Assembly (NCBI GenBank): GCA_951406725.2
Contig: OX597820.1
Span: forward strand, 66,960,001-67,024,000
Reading direction: 5' to 3'
Length of the DNA: 64,000 bases
Source of the DNA: Octopus vulgaris
Lineage: Eukaryota
The notes beneath the pieces are model-generated. The model worked only from the letters and a program-made list of their open reading frames with translations. It was not told where the DNA came from and did no database searches. Position numbers and translations under genes: made by a program. The first letter of the stretch is position 1. Each line of letters starts with the position of its first letter. Positions 11,916 to 25,104 of the stretch are shown here, piece after piece.

Positions 11916-12462
11916 CTGCTCTTAAAAAAAATAAGCCTGATCTAATACTCCATTGAATTCTGATTATTCTTGGTTAGAAATAAATAAAAAAAAAATTGAA
12001 TTTATTTTTGCACAGCTTCCATCCATATAGAGAGAGAACCTCACAAATCCACTTCCATCAATCTCTGCATTCTACAAATATTTTTGTCTTGGAACTAATA
12101 TATGTCAAAAAAAACAAAAAACAAATAAATAAATGAATGAATAATAATAATAATAAAGGAAAAAGAAAAACAAAGATAAAAGGAGAAGAAAGAAAACAAA
12201 ACAATAGAGGAAAAAAACAAAAACTTACCCTTTTTGTTTTTTTTTTAAATTCTGGAAGTCGCTTTTATTTTTTAACATATATATATATATTTTTTAATTT
12301 AATTTTTTTTTTTAATTTTTAAATTTCTGAGCAATTTAATCAAATGCTGTTGTAAATTTCCTTATATAGGCATGGCTTCCATATCAAATCATTCTTGTGC
12401 AAAAAAGGTTGTAGAATGATAGATAAACAAACTTTCACATGCTTCAGTTACGAAAATCATGC

Positions 12463-12463
12463 A

Positions 12464-12499
<36 letters not shown>

Positions 12500-12514
12500 C
12501 ATTATTATTACTAC

Positions 12515-12566
<52 letters not shown>

Positions 12567-12591
12567 TGTATATTATTATTATTGTTATTAC

Positions 12592-12643
<52 letters not shown>
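12463..12643. repeat. (TTA)n microsatellite, followed by a family A-prime SINE (12645-12890)
   Basis: Direct reading. Source of the poly-I/L/Y/N pseudo-ORFs. Confidence 0.95.
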
Positions 12644-12645
<2 letters not shown>

Positions 12646-13032
12646 GGACGGCAGTTTGACGGAATTGCAAGAGCATCAGAAAAAGTGCCTTGTGGTATTT
12701 GTTCCGGCTCTTTACATTCTGAGTTCAAATCCTGCCAAGGTTAACTTTGCCTTTCATCCCTCCTGGGATGATAAAAATAGAACTACCAGAGTACCTTTCA
12801 AACCCTGATGTTGATGGTGCAGAGTAACCCTCACCGACACCAACTCCCTTCAAAATTGCAGGCCTTGTGCCTAAATCAGAAACTGCTACAATTATTATTT
12901 TTATTATTATTATTATTATCAACTAGGTAATTAATTAATTAATGCTATTATAATTTTCTGTTCTTCCTTTTGTTTAGAAGTTTAAAAAAATACATATAAC
13001 AAAACCAAAAATTAAACAAAATAATCACACAT

Positions 13033-13066
<34 letters not shown>

Positions 13067-13177
13067 GCTTATTTCTTTTGATGATTTAGCTGTTTCAAAG
13101 AATTACTTCAGTCATTAAATATATTATTATTGATAGTGTTATCAATATCATTATTATTATTATTATTATTATCAATA

Positions 13178-13218
<41 letters not shown>

Positions 13219-14299
13219 GTTATTATTATCATTATTATTATTACTACCTGTTTACTGTTTCTTTGTTAAAACACAACTAATTAACTCACTTCCAGATAAA
13301 CTTGCCTCTTATATGTTTATGTGTGTATGTATGTGTGTGTGTATGTATATATATTTAAAATGTGTGTGTTTATAAATATATATATATATATATATATACA
13401 TGTATATACATGCACACATAAATATATATAAAATATTATATATATATATACACACACATAAATATATATGTGTGTGTTTATAAATATATATATATACATG
13501 TATATATAGTTATATGTATGTATACATGTATATAAATATAATTACATATGCATATACTTATACATACTCATGTATGTGTATATATATATATGTGTGTGTG
13601 TGTGTGTATGTATGCACATATATATACATACATATACCTGTGCACACTTATGTATGTGTGTATACGTGCATGTATGCATGTGTGTGTGTGCACATTTTAT
13701 TTATATTTAACACACACACACATTCACACATATGTATGCATGTTTGTTATAAAGCATTCAGCAGTGTGTGTTTAATCTTTTTTATCAAGGATCTTTCATA
13801 TTTCTTTGTTAGTTCCTTTATGTATAGTTTGGATTGGTTGCACTCTTAAATCCATTAGTCCATTAATTTTTCAAAACCTTCTTGGCTTCTTCATCAGAAT
13901 GAAATGATGATAATAATGGCAAGTTTTCTTGATATGCTTTGCAGTGGATCATGGAAATAAATAAAGATACATAAATATATATATATATTGTATATCTTGT
14001 ATGTACAGTTAGATGTACAATTGTTAGTATTTGAGTTTAGAGTTCCGTGTAGATTAGCAATATGCATCTGCTTATAGTATAGGGTTTTGCTTACTACTAT
14101 ACTCCGTAGTATTATTAGTTGTGAGATACAGAGCAAATATAGTAGAAATTATGATAACATTTTCTCTTCCCCTGAAGCATGGTGTGGTATTACTTTAAAG
14201 AAATTTATTGTGTAAGGTTAGAACAGTGCGAGAAGGTACAAGGTAAACTACAAAAGGAAGGAAAAGAAAATAAAACCAAACAAAGTTATAGTTTTACCT

Positions 14300-14900
14300 T
14301 GTAATTCTATATTTCGGGGCTATAACCACTTCTTCAGGACATTTGGGAAAAAAAGCGACAGATGGGAAAGTCATTGCTCAGATTTGTAGGGGAAGAAGGA
14401 GGAAGGTGACATGCACAGACTAGTGTTTCTATAGTAACTAGTTTGCTTTGTGTAGTTCCTTCCTGTTGTTAATGGCTGGTCTTAGTTTGCTGATCAGGAG
14501 GGCCTCCATGGTTAATCGACTCATCTTATTTATAAGGAGGACCACCATGGTTCTGAGTTTGTTCCTGTTACATTGAATGGCTCTGATAGATACCTTAAAA
14601 TCCTAGGTCCAGCATTTCTCTAAGTGTTTTTTATATTGAAGTGTCGTGTGTGGTGCCCCAATGTAGTATGTCCCACATTTACTGTCAACTACTTCTTATA
14701 CCGCATAGGCCCTTGAGCACATTTTGAAAGTCGTTAGTGGGGTAATTGGATAGTATGCACCCCATGATGCTGTCTGTGGTATTACTCCTAGACAGAAATT
14801 TCCTCAGGGATGGGCTGGTGTGCACCATCTGTTTGTTGATAAAATTATACACTGGTTAAGTACTGGAAGAGATTGTGGTTTATGGTACATCTTTAGTGTC
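14300..14900 (-). mobile_element. Penelope-like element relic (GIY-YIG remnant plus hammerhead-like motif)
   Basis: Minus strand: KCGTYYIGA...RLTMEALLISKLRPAINNRKE, then CTGAAGA-A-GTGGTtataGCCCC-GAAATATA at 14306-14340. Confidence 0.7.
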
Positions 14901-14911
14901 TTTTAATTGTT

Positions 14912-15591
14912 ATTTGTTTCTGTCAAAAACTGCAGTCATGCTGGAGCAACACCGTTTTAATTGAACAAATCAACCCAAGTACTTATAATTTCCTGTTTTA
15001 AGCCTTGTACTATTCTATCAGCCTCTTTTGCCAAAACTACTAAGTTATGAGGATAGACAAAGTAGCATTTGTTGTCAAGTAGTAGGAAGGAAACAAACAC
15101 AAACACATATACACATTCATATATGATGGGCTTCCATACAATTTCCATCTACCAAATTCACTCACAAGGCATCTATCAGTTCAGAGTGGTAAAAAATGCT
15201 TGCCCAAGGTACCAACCACATGGTGGGACTGAACTCTAAACTATGTGGTTGAAAAACTAAGTTCTTAACCACACAGCCATGTCTCTGTGATGTTTATATA
15301 TTTCTTTAAAGATATTACTAAAACCACCATGGCTAACCAACGCATTTTATTTTTCCGTTGTCAATTTATATATGAGATTATAATGCTGTAAAAGTTGGGT
15401 TTTCTTTAATTCTTATACTTGTTTCAGTCATTTGACTGCAGCCATGCTGGAGCACCACCTTTAGTCAAACAAGTCGACCCCAGGACTTATTCTTTGTAAG
15501 CCTACCATCTCTTTTGCCAAACTGCTAAGTTATGGGGACATTGACATGTCAAGCAATGGTGGATGGAGGGGGGACAAACACAGACACACAA

Positions 15592-15652
<61 letters not shown>

Positions 15653-15765
15653 ACAGGCTTCTTTTCAGTCTCTGTGTATCAAAGACACTTGCCCAAGGTG
15701 CCATGCAGTGGGACTGACGCCGGGACCATATGGTTGGTAAGCAAGCTACTTACCACACAGCCACT
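14912..15765 (-). mobile_element. Two SINE family B copies (14912-15283, 15415-15765)
   Basis: Both match the family B reverse complement. Confidence 0.85.
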
Positions 15766-16013
15766 CTATTTAACTTTAATACAATGAGTTGAGATTGCTC
15801 TTTGTTACAAATACATGATGAAAGAAAATCTCAACATTCAGATCAATAAAGGTTTACAAATTTCACATTTCTTTTGAAATTTCTATATTGCACTAGTTAA
15901 CAGAAGTATGATCTATGGTTTGCCAATTCATGGTCTTGTGTCAAAAAAAGAAGGAGTGCCTCTTGGTGTTTTCAAAATTAACACCAACTATAAGTTTTCT
16001 GACAAGAATGATA

Positions 16014-16336
16014 CAAATTGTGGTCTATTTTATTAGGTTTTTAAGGACATATGCAACTGTTCTGCAACCAGAGGACCTTTGCTTCTTCACAGATTTTTAC
16101 TGGATACCAAAACTCTTGTGCCAGTTATTGTTAGATAATGTAAGCATATTACAGCAATTACATTGCAAATGATTCAAATTGTGGTCTATTTTATTGGCCC
16201 TTTAAGGACACAATCACTTATTTTGTTAAGCAGAGGGTCTTTGCTTCTTCGCACATTTTTCCTGGATGCCAAAACCATTGTATCAGTTGTTAGATAATGT
16301 TAGTATATTATAAAAAAATGCATTGTGAAAGATGCA
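16014..16336. repeat. Diverged direct duplication, ~161-bp unit x2
   Basis: caaattgtggtctattttatt...tttgcttcttc.ca.atttt..ctggat.ccaaaac...gttagataatgt starts at 16014 and 16175. Confidence 0.85.
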
Positions 16337-16937
16337 AACAAATAAAGACTTTTAACTTCACTGAAATATTAATTAGTGTCAAGATTTTCATCATGCCAAC
16401 TGCAAACCTGGTTGCTGATGTTCTACTGCAGTTCTAGATGCAGTGGAATGGCATCAGTGAGCAGGTCACAGTTGGTGCAATTAAAATTCTGACACCAAAT
16501 AATAAATATTTAGTCTTTGCGTACTTTGGAATGGCTAATGTGTCTCCTTCATGCTGTAATTGTTTTAGTCTCAATGTACAGTCTCAGATCAAATCGGTTG
16601 CCTGTAAGGTACACCTCTGAAATACGATAATACGTTATCTATTAGCATAACTGTTGTTAATTATTCCTCTTGTTACTCTTACTCTTGTCATGAAAAGTGT
16701 TAATTGTTATAGAATTTCTGTTGAAATTCATTGCGTTTGTTTCAATTAATTTTTAAAATAATGAAAAATTTAATAAAATAATTTTGTCATTATGAGCTGG
16801 TGTCTGGAACCAGCTTAATAATAAATTCTATAAAAATTAATATGAAATTTTGATGGAAGATTTTAACTCAGGTCACTTTCAATTAGAAATATTGAATCAT
16901 ACAACCAAAGACAAATGCTGGCGGGCTAATATCAAGA

Positions 16938-17119
16938 GTAGTGATTCTTAACCTTTTAATATCCGGGCCAAGTCCAAAACCTGGATTTTTTTTTAGGAGC
17001 TTGCACCAAAAATGTAAAACAAGAGTCAATTATAGAAAAGATGTATTATATTTATAGAGGGAAGGCCATCAGGGAAAGCACTGGGAAGATACACTGGGAA
17101 GGGTGGTTGAGAACCGCTG
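16938..17119. mobile_element. hAT-type MITE
   Basis: Ends tagtgattcttaacc / ggttgagaaccgctg resemble CAGTGGTTCTCAAC TIRs. Confidence 0.5.
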
Positions 17120-17939
17120 ATTAGCTTAATGTCTATTTTACTCGTTAAGTTTTTACATTAAACCAGTGAAGATGATTTTATGAGTCTGAAAAATCCTCCA
17201 ATCATTCTCTATGACTTGTTTGCAAAGCATGTGAACGACAAGAGTATTGCCATCATTTATTTCTTCCTGAGAATCTATTAGAAAATCTTGAAATGTTAAT
17301 GGACCGATGGATTAAGGAATGGTGTTCTTCCAAACTCCATGTAAAGTATTAATAAGAAATGTGCAATATCCTACAACAAAAAAGATTAAACTTGAACACC
17401 ATCGTGTCATAATTATATGTCTGAGAGAACAGGTTTCCTATATTTACATATACGCACATATATATATGTATATACATATATATGTGTATATATATATATG
17501 TGTGTGTATATATATATATTCATGTAAATTAAATATAAAGCATATTCTATATATATATCGCATACACATATATGTGTATATATTCATATATTTATATACA
17601 CATATGTATATGATTATGAATATACCTATACATGAAAAGTGGATGTTAAATAATGATGATGCACCTATATATATATATATAAATGTATATACAAGTGTGT
17701 GTATACATTTATATATATCAAATTTACATGTTTTATATATTCACATATACATATTCATATTGTATGATATATATATATATTATATATATATATGAGTATG
17801 CATATATATGTATGTATGTATACATATATATGTATATTGTATATATATTATATGTGTGAGTATGATACCTTTACTGTTTTGTTCTGGAACTCAAAACCTC
17901 TCTCGGATTCTCTCCTCTCTATCTAACTTCCTATGTATT

Positions 17940-17970
<31 letters not shown>

Positions 17971-18154
17971 ACATTGCAGTTACTCCAGAACATATTCTGT
18001 CTTTATACTTGTGCAAAACTAACCACTCAATCAACCAATAAAAGCAAAGCTTCCCTCCAACAATGTAATAACTTATATTTTGTTTTCAATATTTGTATTT
18101 AATGTTTTGTATATTTTTGTTTTTACAAACAATTTGTTTTTAAAACAAACTTCC

Positions 18155-18195
<41 letters not shown>

Positions 18196-18550
18196 TCAAA
18201 GGATATACTTAGTATGTCTACCTGCTGGAAATAAAAGTCAAAACTCTTATTTAAATTGCCAAAATACACTGATAATAACTGCAGAAATCAACTGTCCGAA
18301 GGCAAACGGGCTAAGACAATCTCCCAGCATATATTCAAGTATTTGGACTTAGATGGACCGGTTTCTGCACTGACATAATAGCCTCAGCTTCGCCAGCATG
18401 TGTTACAATGATATATTGAAGTCTGCACTGAAATCATAGCAGCCACCAGTGTGAAAATAATTTCAATAGAGAGCAAATAATTCACAAGAAAAAAAAGTTA
18501 TTCACGAAAAAAATAATTTGCAAAGATATCATTGACTCTGTTATTGTCTA

Positions 18551-18614
<64 letters not shown>

Positions 18615-19429
18615 AAGTATGACCGACACAAGATGTACTTTATGCCATTTGTTACCTACACGTGTTTCACCACAGTTCTTTACCAGAAGTAGACTAGATA
18701 ACGATACTGTACATGGAGCTGTAAAATCACCAGTAGCACTCGTACATCTAACTGTATATACAAGAAATACTACTTTTGCTTGTAGTCACAATTCACTCGG
18801 AGTTTTTTGTGTTTTTTTTTTTCCTTTTGCCAGGAGGAAGGGACGTAACTCTTGGTGGAATCCTATTTCTTCGTTGCCTTCCGCAACTTCGTTTCGTCTT
18901 TTTCACGGTCCATGCAAATCATGTGTGACACTTCTTTACCTCCAATAAGAGAGAGAGAGAGCAATCACCACTTTTTCCAGCCCAGCTACTCTGACGAGCA
19001 CAGTTCTTAATCGTCTCATTACGCAATAGCCTGGGTGAAACCCATTGGTAAAATCGGTTGTAATGGATCTATAATACTACTTTCTTTGATTAATATACGT
19101 GAGAAGACCTTCCTCCGTGTATATGTGAAAACATATTGTGGGCTGTGAATGACATCACCAGATCATAGGATGCATGCGTTTCTGAGTTACCTCACGTTGT
19201 CAACTACGAACACCAATCTGCCTTTCACAGCCCGTATATGGTACGATAAAACCAGAAATAAAATCGCACTTAGCAACGTTGAATGAAATATATTCGTGTA
19301 AAAGTTACACGTAACGTTCGATTGCATTCGGATGTGAGAAGACCCTTCGCTGCGACAATAGTCCCTGGAGAAAATTCCCTCCTAGTCGAGATGAGTGAAA
19401 CCAACATACACACACACACGTATATATAT

Positions 19430-19800
19430 AGGCGCAGGAATGAATGTGTGGTGAGAAGTGTGCTTCCCAACCATGTGGTTCTGGGTTCCGTCCCACTGCA
19501 TGGCACCTTAGGTAAGTATATCTTCCACTATAGCCTTGTGAGTGGACTTGGTAAACAGAAACTGAAAGAAGTCCATTGTGTGTGTGCCTGCCTTTGTGTC
19601 TATGTTTGTCCCCCCCCACCACCACCACCACTTGAGAACTGGTGTTAGTGTGCTTATGTCCCTGTAACTTGGCGTTTGGCAATAGAGAATGATAGAATAA
19701 GTACCCGGCTAAAAAAAAGTGCAGGGATCTATTAATTCGACTAAAAATTCTTCAAGGTGGTGCCCCAGCATGGCCACAGTCAAAAGACTGAATCAAGTAA
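19430..19800 (+). mobile_element. SINE family B (partial inverted copy follows at ~19815-19975)
   Basis: Family B head and tail present. Confidence 0.85.
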
Positions 19801-20698
19801 CGACAGGCCACCACACAGTTCCCGTCTATCAAATTTTTTCACAAGGCTTTGCTCAGCCCAGCGATACAGTAGAAGATACTTGCCCGAGGTACCATGAAAT
19901 GGATGTGATACACCTCTCCCGCAAACTACACAATTACAAAGCGAACTTCTTGATCTCACAGACTTGACTGTGTCTACGATTATTTATTTTAAACAAGGAT
20001 TCAAAACTTAGAAATGCAATGAGCGTTATGAAAACGAAAATAACAAAGTAAATTGAATCATACTTATTTCGTTTTGATAATTCAAGGAAGCCTAAGTTAA
20101 ATCTTAACTTTTCGATCGTTAGTTACGTTATACACGAGTGTGTATTTATTATACGGGAATAAATACGGCATATCTGTGTGCGTGTGTTTACGTATGTATG
20201 TGTGTTTTATTTTATTTACAAGCAAGAAGCCTCTCCGCTATCAAGAAACAAAATAAGCTATCTGTTTTACATACTGCTTTCAAATTTTGGCACAAGGCCA
20301 GCAGTTTCGGGGGAGGGGACTAGTCGATAACATCTACGTCACTGTTCGACTGGTACTTATTTTATGGACCTCGAAAGGGTGAAAGGCGAAGTCAACCTCA
20401 GCGGAATTTGAACTCAGAACATAAAGACAGACGAAACACCGCTCAGCATTTTGCCCGACGCGGTAACGACTCTGCCAGCCCGCCCGCCGCCTTTACTCTG
20501 TTTTACCTACTGAGTTTCACTTCTTTCGCTCTTACAAACTATTTTATGTATGAACACTTGCATACCACGTGCGTGTCGACAGAGCCGGCCCTACGGTTGC
20601 TGGTGCCCTGGGCAAGCTGAACTTCAGCATGTACAGGCCGACGATCGTGAATATTTCCTTGTCTTTGTCACGCCCTCCTTCGGACCCGCTAGCTCATG

Positions 20699-21621
20699 GC
20701 AAATTTCTTTCCCGCGAAAGTTCAGGACTCCAGTAATGAACTCATTTGCACACAGCCAATCGGAGCTCACCTTGAAAATCGACATACTGTGTACTACTAC
20801 AGCACAGCCAGTCAGGCATAGAATAGTGTATACCACTCTGTGAGTACAGCATAGCAGGTCTCACATAACCTCCACATCCCCCCCACCACCATCATCCTCA
20901 TAAATCAATTGAGCACCATCTCTATATGGAGCTAACATTAGGTACCTATGTTCAGATTGGTATTAGTGATACTGCATATACCCATTGATATATGCAAGGA
21001 GGAAGGCGGCAAGCTGGCAGAAACGTTAGCATGCCGGGCGAAATGCGTAGCCGTATTTCGTCTGCCGTTACGTTCTGAGTTCAAATTACGCCGAGGTCGA
21101 CTTTGCCTTTCATCCTTTCGGGGTCGATTAAATAAGCACCAGTTACGCACTGGGGTCGATATAATCGACTTAGTCCGTTTGTCTGTCCTTGTTTGTCCTC
21201 TCTGTGTTTAGCCCCTTGTGGGTAATAAAGAAATTGATATATGCAAGGAGGGCGCAATACGACACAACGCCATATTGATTACGATGTTTTCAGATCAACA
21301 CCAACATTTTAAATTAGGAATGTACAAAATCAATCAAAAAATTAGGAAAGTACACTTATTTAGATTTTCTAGTAAATTTCGCAAATTGGCGACACTTACG
21401 GTATCATCGGTGAGCAACTCTCCATTCACTTTATACACTAAATTTCACATTTGTTGCCCGTTTAGAACAGTTAGATTTTGCTGTAACGCACATTTCCCAC
21501 TGAACTCAACCAGAGTATTTTCGTCACTAGGTGGACACTAGTTTGATAGTTGAGCTCTGGTTGGCTATATGCAAATGAGTTCATAACTGGGGTCCGGAAC
21601 TCTCGTGGGAAAAAAATTCGC
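20699..21621. mobile_element. Putative TIR element with ~70-bp inverted ends, interrupted by a SINE
   Basis: 20699-20769 and 21551-21621 are inverted copies (ttccc.cga.agttc.ggac.ccagt.atgaactcatttgca.a.agccaa...gagctca). Confidence 0.6.
21003..21232 (+). mobile_element. Young SINE family A with 19-bp TSD
   Basis: attgatatatgcaaggagg at 20984-21002 and 21233-21251. Confidence 0.92.
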
Positions 21622-22149
21622 GAGCCAACTCTGTGTGTTGACACAGAAGTGAAGTTGGCTTCGTAATCAGAATACCCAGGTTCGATGCAACACAGTAGCA
21701 TCTTGAGAAGTTGTCTTGTATCCTCAAGACCTCTGAACTTGGCTTGGCAGGCATATTTACGCACGCACACACATTTACTACAGATGGGTATTTTTTCCCC
21801 TTTTTTTCTTTTGGTAAAATTAATAAGATGTAATAATTTTTGTGCATAAAAATAGCAAGTTTTAAACACATACAGTGTATGACATTACAGACTTATATAA
21901 CAGTATAACAGACCCATAAGTGCCGTTCCTATAAAAGTGTTACCCGATGTGACCTGCGTTTCCACCCCACCCATAAGCCATGCTACTGGATTCTTGTCCT
22001 GCAGTACGCTCTTGTTCTAACAGCACCAGCTCCTCATTAGACTAACTTTCTCCACGGAATTCTAGTAACTCTTATTTTCCTGTGCCACACAATCTTTCTG
22101 AATATGAGGGAAACGTTCGGTTGATAGAAACAATATAGAAGGTACAGAA

Positions 22150-22750
22150 AGGCGGCGAGCTGGCAGAAACGTTAGCACGCCGGGCGAAATGCATAGCGGT
22201 ATTTCGTCTGCCGTTACGTTCTGAGTTCAAATTCCACCGAGGTCGACTTTGCCTTTCATCCTTTCGGGGTCGATTAAAATGAGTACCTGTTACGCACCGG
22301 GGTCGATATAATCGACTTAATCCGTTTGTCTGTCCTTGTTTGTCCTCTCTGTGTTTAGCTTCTTTTGGGTAGTAAAGAAATAGGTATTTCGTCTGCCGTT
22401 ACAATCTGAGTTCAAATTCCGCCGAGGTCGACTTTGCCTTTCATCCTTTCGGGGTCGATTAAATAAGGACCAGTTACACACTGGGATCGATATGATCGAC
22501 TTAATCCGTTTGTTTGTCCTTGTTTGTCCTCTCTGTGTTTAGCCTCTTGTGGGTAGTAAAGAAATAGGTATTTCGTCTGCCGCTACGTTCTGAGTTCAAA
22601 TTCCGCCGAGGTCGACTTTGCCTTTCATCCTTTCGGGGTCGATTAAAATGAGTACCTGTTACGCACTGGGGTCGATATAATCAACTTAATCCGTTTGTCT
22701 GTCCTTGTTTGTCCCTCTATGTTTAGCCCCTTTTGAGCAATAAAGAAATA
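22150..22750 (+). mobile_element. Tandem trimer of SINE family A (one head, three ~184-bp bodies)
   Basis: Bodies restart at ggtatttcgtctgccg directly after each gtaaagaaata tail. Confidence 0.92.
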
Positions 22751-23551
22751 AGAAACTGTGTGGAAGGCACAGATCCAGTCAAACACCATAACTACGGGGA
22801 TTCATTTCATCATATGACACGGCTATATTATATTATACGGACGTTCTACATTAGTCTCTGTAAGTTTATTCTCCTAATCAGTTGTTTTTATGAGTTCTTT
22901 TCAAAGTTCACAGAAAATATACCTTGAAGCAGCTGTCACACTGATACATTGTCTGGAGCAATTAAATTGTATTATTGGAAATATAGTCTACTCTCACATT
23001 AGAAGTTCATTTAAGCTCTGAAGATAGCTCTTAGTGCACTGTTAGGAAAATTAGGCTTGTCACTGGTACTTTTCTACTGTAGAATCATGTATATTCCTTT
23101 ACGAGCCTTATTTGAATTCCAAATTGCAGGTATTGAATTCAGCATAGGTATTAAAAGTCATTCGATTTTCTGAGTGATACACAAGTAAAATTTTAATTTC
23201 ATACCAGCAGCAGCAGCAGCCGTCCAAGAATTTGGACCTGGAGATCTCCATGTCCAGCGACTTTCGAGGGCCACCTCCCAGTGGTGTCGGGCGTCAACGA
23301 AGAGCCCCCGACTACAACAAGACGACCAAAGTTTTTTTTTTCCAAGATCTGGGGTCTCCCGCCCCCTAAGCCCTAGACCATCACCTAATCACCCTTACCC
23401 GTCTTGTTGCTTAACAACAACAATAACAACAACAACAGCAGCAGCAACTCCAGCGTTTCTTCCAAATCAGATGATTTCCGAACTTTTCCAGGTGTAAATT
23501 TTCCTTCGCTTGTAGTTTCCTTCCAAGCAGGCTCATGCTTCCAAAAAAGCC

Positions 23552-23596
<45 letters not shown>

Positions 23597-24088
23597 ATAA
23601 TTCTTTTAGCTGCTGGGGCATGGTAACATCTTTTTTCATGAATACAAGCAACTATATCAGTCGCTTTATTGTTGTGTAAAATAAGGCGCCTTTAACAAAG
23701 AAAGCTTTTGAATCAGAAAATGTACTTTCCTTTTTATGCACGCACGCATACACTCACACACACACACACACACACACACACATCCATTTTCTCTCCTTGC
23801 ATGAATTGAATGAATCTTTTCACCATTTGTTGCATCCTTTCTTCCTTCTTGAAGTTTATAATTCTGAAATCAGAATTTTTTCATTTCTTTTCTTATCTTC
23901 GTTTTTCTCAAATTTCTCCAATCTGCAAAACTTCTTTACCAAACTGTTATGTTTATTACGCATTACATACCAGTACCAAGACATTCTTTTTTCATTACAT
24001 ACTACTGCTGGTCCCTATTGACTTACTTGTGTGTGTTAACCACAGCACCCATAATCTTGAACTTTTACAGTAGTCCCTGTATGTTTAA

Positions 24089-24481
24089 CCCTTTAGCATT
24101 TAAACCAGCTATATCCAGCCCAAATATTTTGTTTTGTATTCACTCTGGTCAGATCCAGCCTCTCACAATTACATTACAATGTTATAAAAATAAACAATCA
24201 CATCATCGAAATCTCGAAGCTGCGGGAAGCTACTTTAATGATTCAAAAACGTGAATATATAAGATTTACATTTGAGAGAGAGTAATCTATAATTATTTAT
24301 AATTATGTGATTCATTTAGAAATTAAGAACAATTACCATACAATAGAAATACAACGAAGGTGATGACACTGCAAGGCAATCAGAAAAAAAGAGAACAAAA
24401 ATAAATAACACTTGGTTTTCTATCTGCGACATCTAACAGGCTTTACTACTCGGAGAGTAATCTGAATGTTATGCTAAAAGG
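24089..24481. mobile_element. piggyBac-like non-autonomous element
   Basis: TTAA|CCCTTTAGCAT...ATGCTAAAAGG|TTAT termini. Confidence 0.6.
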
Positions 24482-24622
24482 TTATTTTCTCCCTATCAGT
24501 TGTTATAAATTTTATCAAAGTTCAGAGATAATATACCGTGAAGTTGTTATCACACTTTCATCCATTGGCTAGTGCAAAGAATTTGTATTATTAGAAATAT
24601 CTATACTCTACCCTCATATTGT

Positions 24623-24853
24623 GGAGGCACATGGCCTAGTGGTTAGAGCAGCAGACTCGCGGTTGAGGGATCGCGGGTTCGAATGTCAGACCGGGTGATG
24701 TGTGTGTTTATGAGCGGAACATCTAAACTCCACGTGGGTCCGGCAGAAGGTAATGGCAAATTTCTGTTGACTCTTTCGCCACAACTTTCTCTCGCCCTTT
24801 CCTCCAGGTGGGGAACCTATGAGCCAGGCATGGCCCGAGAAGGAACAAAACAA
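24623..24853 (+). mobile_element. tRNA-derived SINE family D, internally deleted
   Basis: tggcctagtggttagagc...gggttcgaat head. Homologous to 54214-54516 with two internal deletions. Confidence 0.85.
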
Positions 24854-25061
24854 ACCCTCATGTTATCATACATTTAAGCTCAGCTTGTGGCTTAGTACCT
24901 TGTCTAAAAACAGATAAAAGGTTTTGCCAAGAAAATTACGCCTGGTACTGTACTTTTCTGCTTTCAACAACGTGGTTGAAAGCGAACTTGTTAAACACAG
25001 AGCTATGTCTGCGCCTGCGATATATATATATGTGTGTGTGTTTATACAAGAATATTATTGA

Positions 25062-25104
25062 CAGTGACTGCGAAGTTTCGCCCTGCAATGCTATCATCGG
25101 ACTG
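25062..25104 (-). ncRNA. Type I hammerhead-like motif (C at core position 4), probably Penelope-derived
   Basis: CAGT-CCGATGA-tagcattgcagggc-GAAAC-ttcgca-GTC-ACTG. Stem I 4 bp, GUC site, weak stem II. Confidence 0.55.

Noticed and set aside
12389-13849. Poly-I/L/Y/N and YI/CV-rich ORFs (also near 17.3, 27.6, 35.4, 39.7, 58.2 and 63.3 kb)
   Set aside because: Translations of (TAT)n, (TA)n, (TG)n, (TTC)n and (TATG)n microsatellites.
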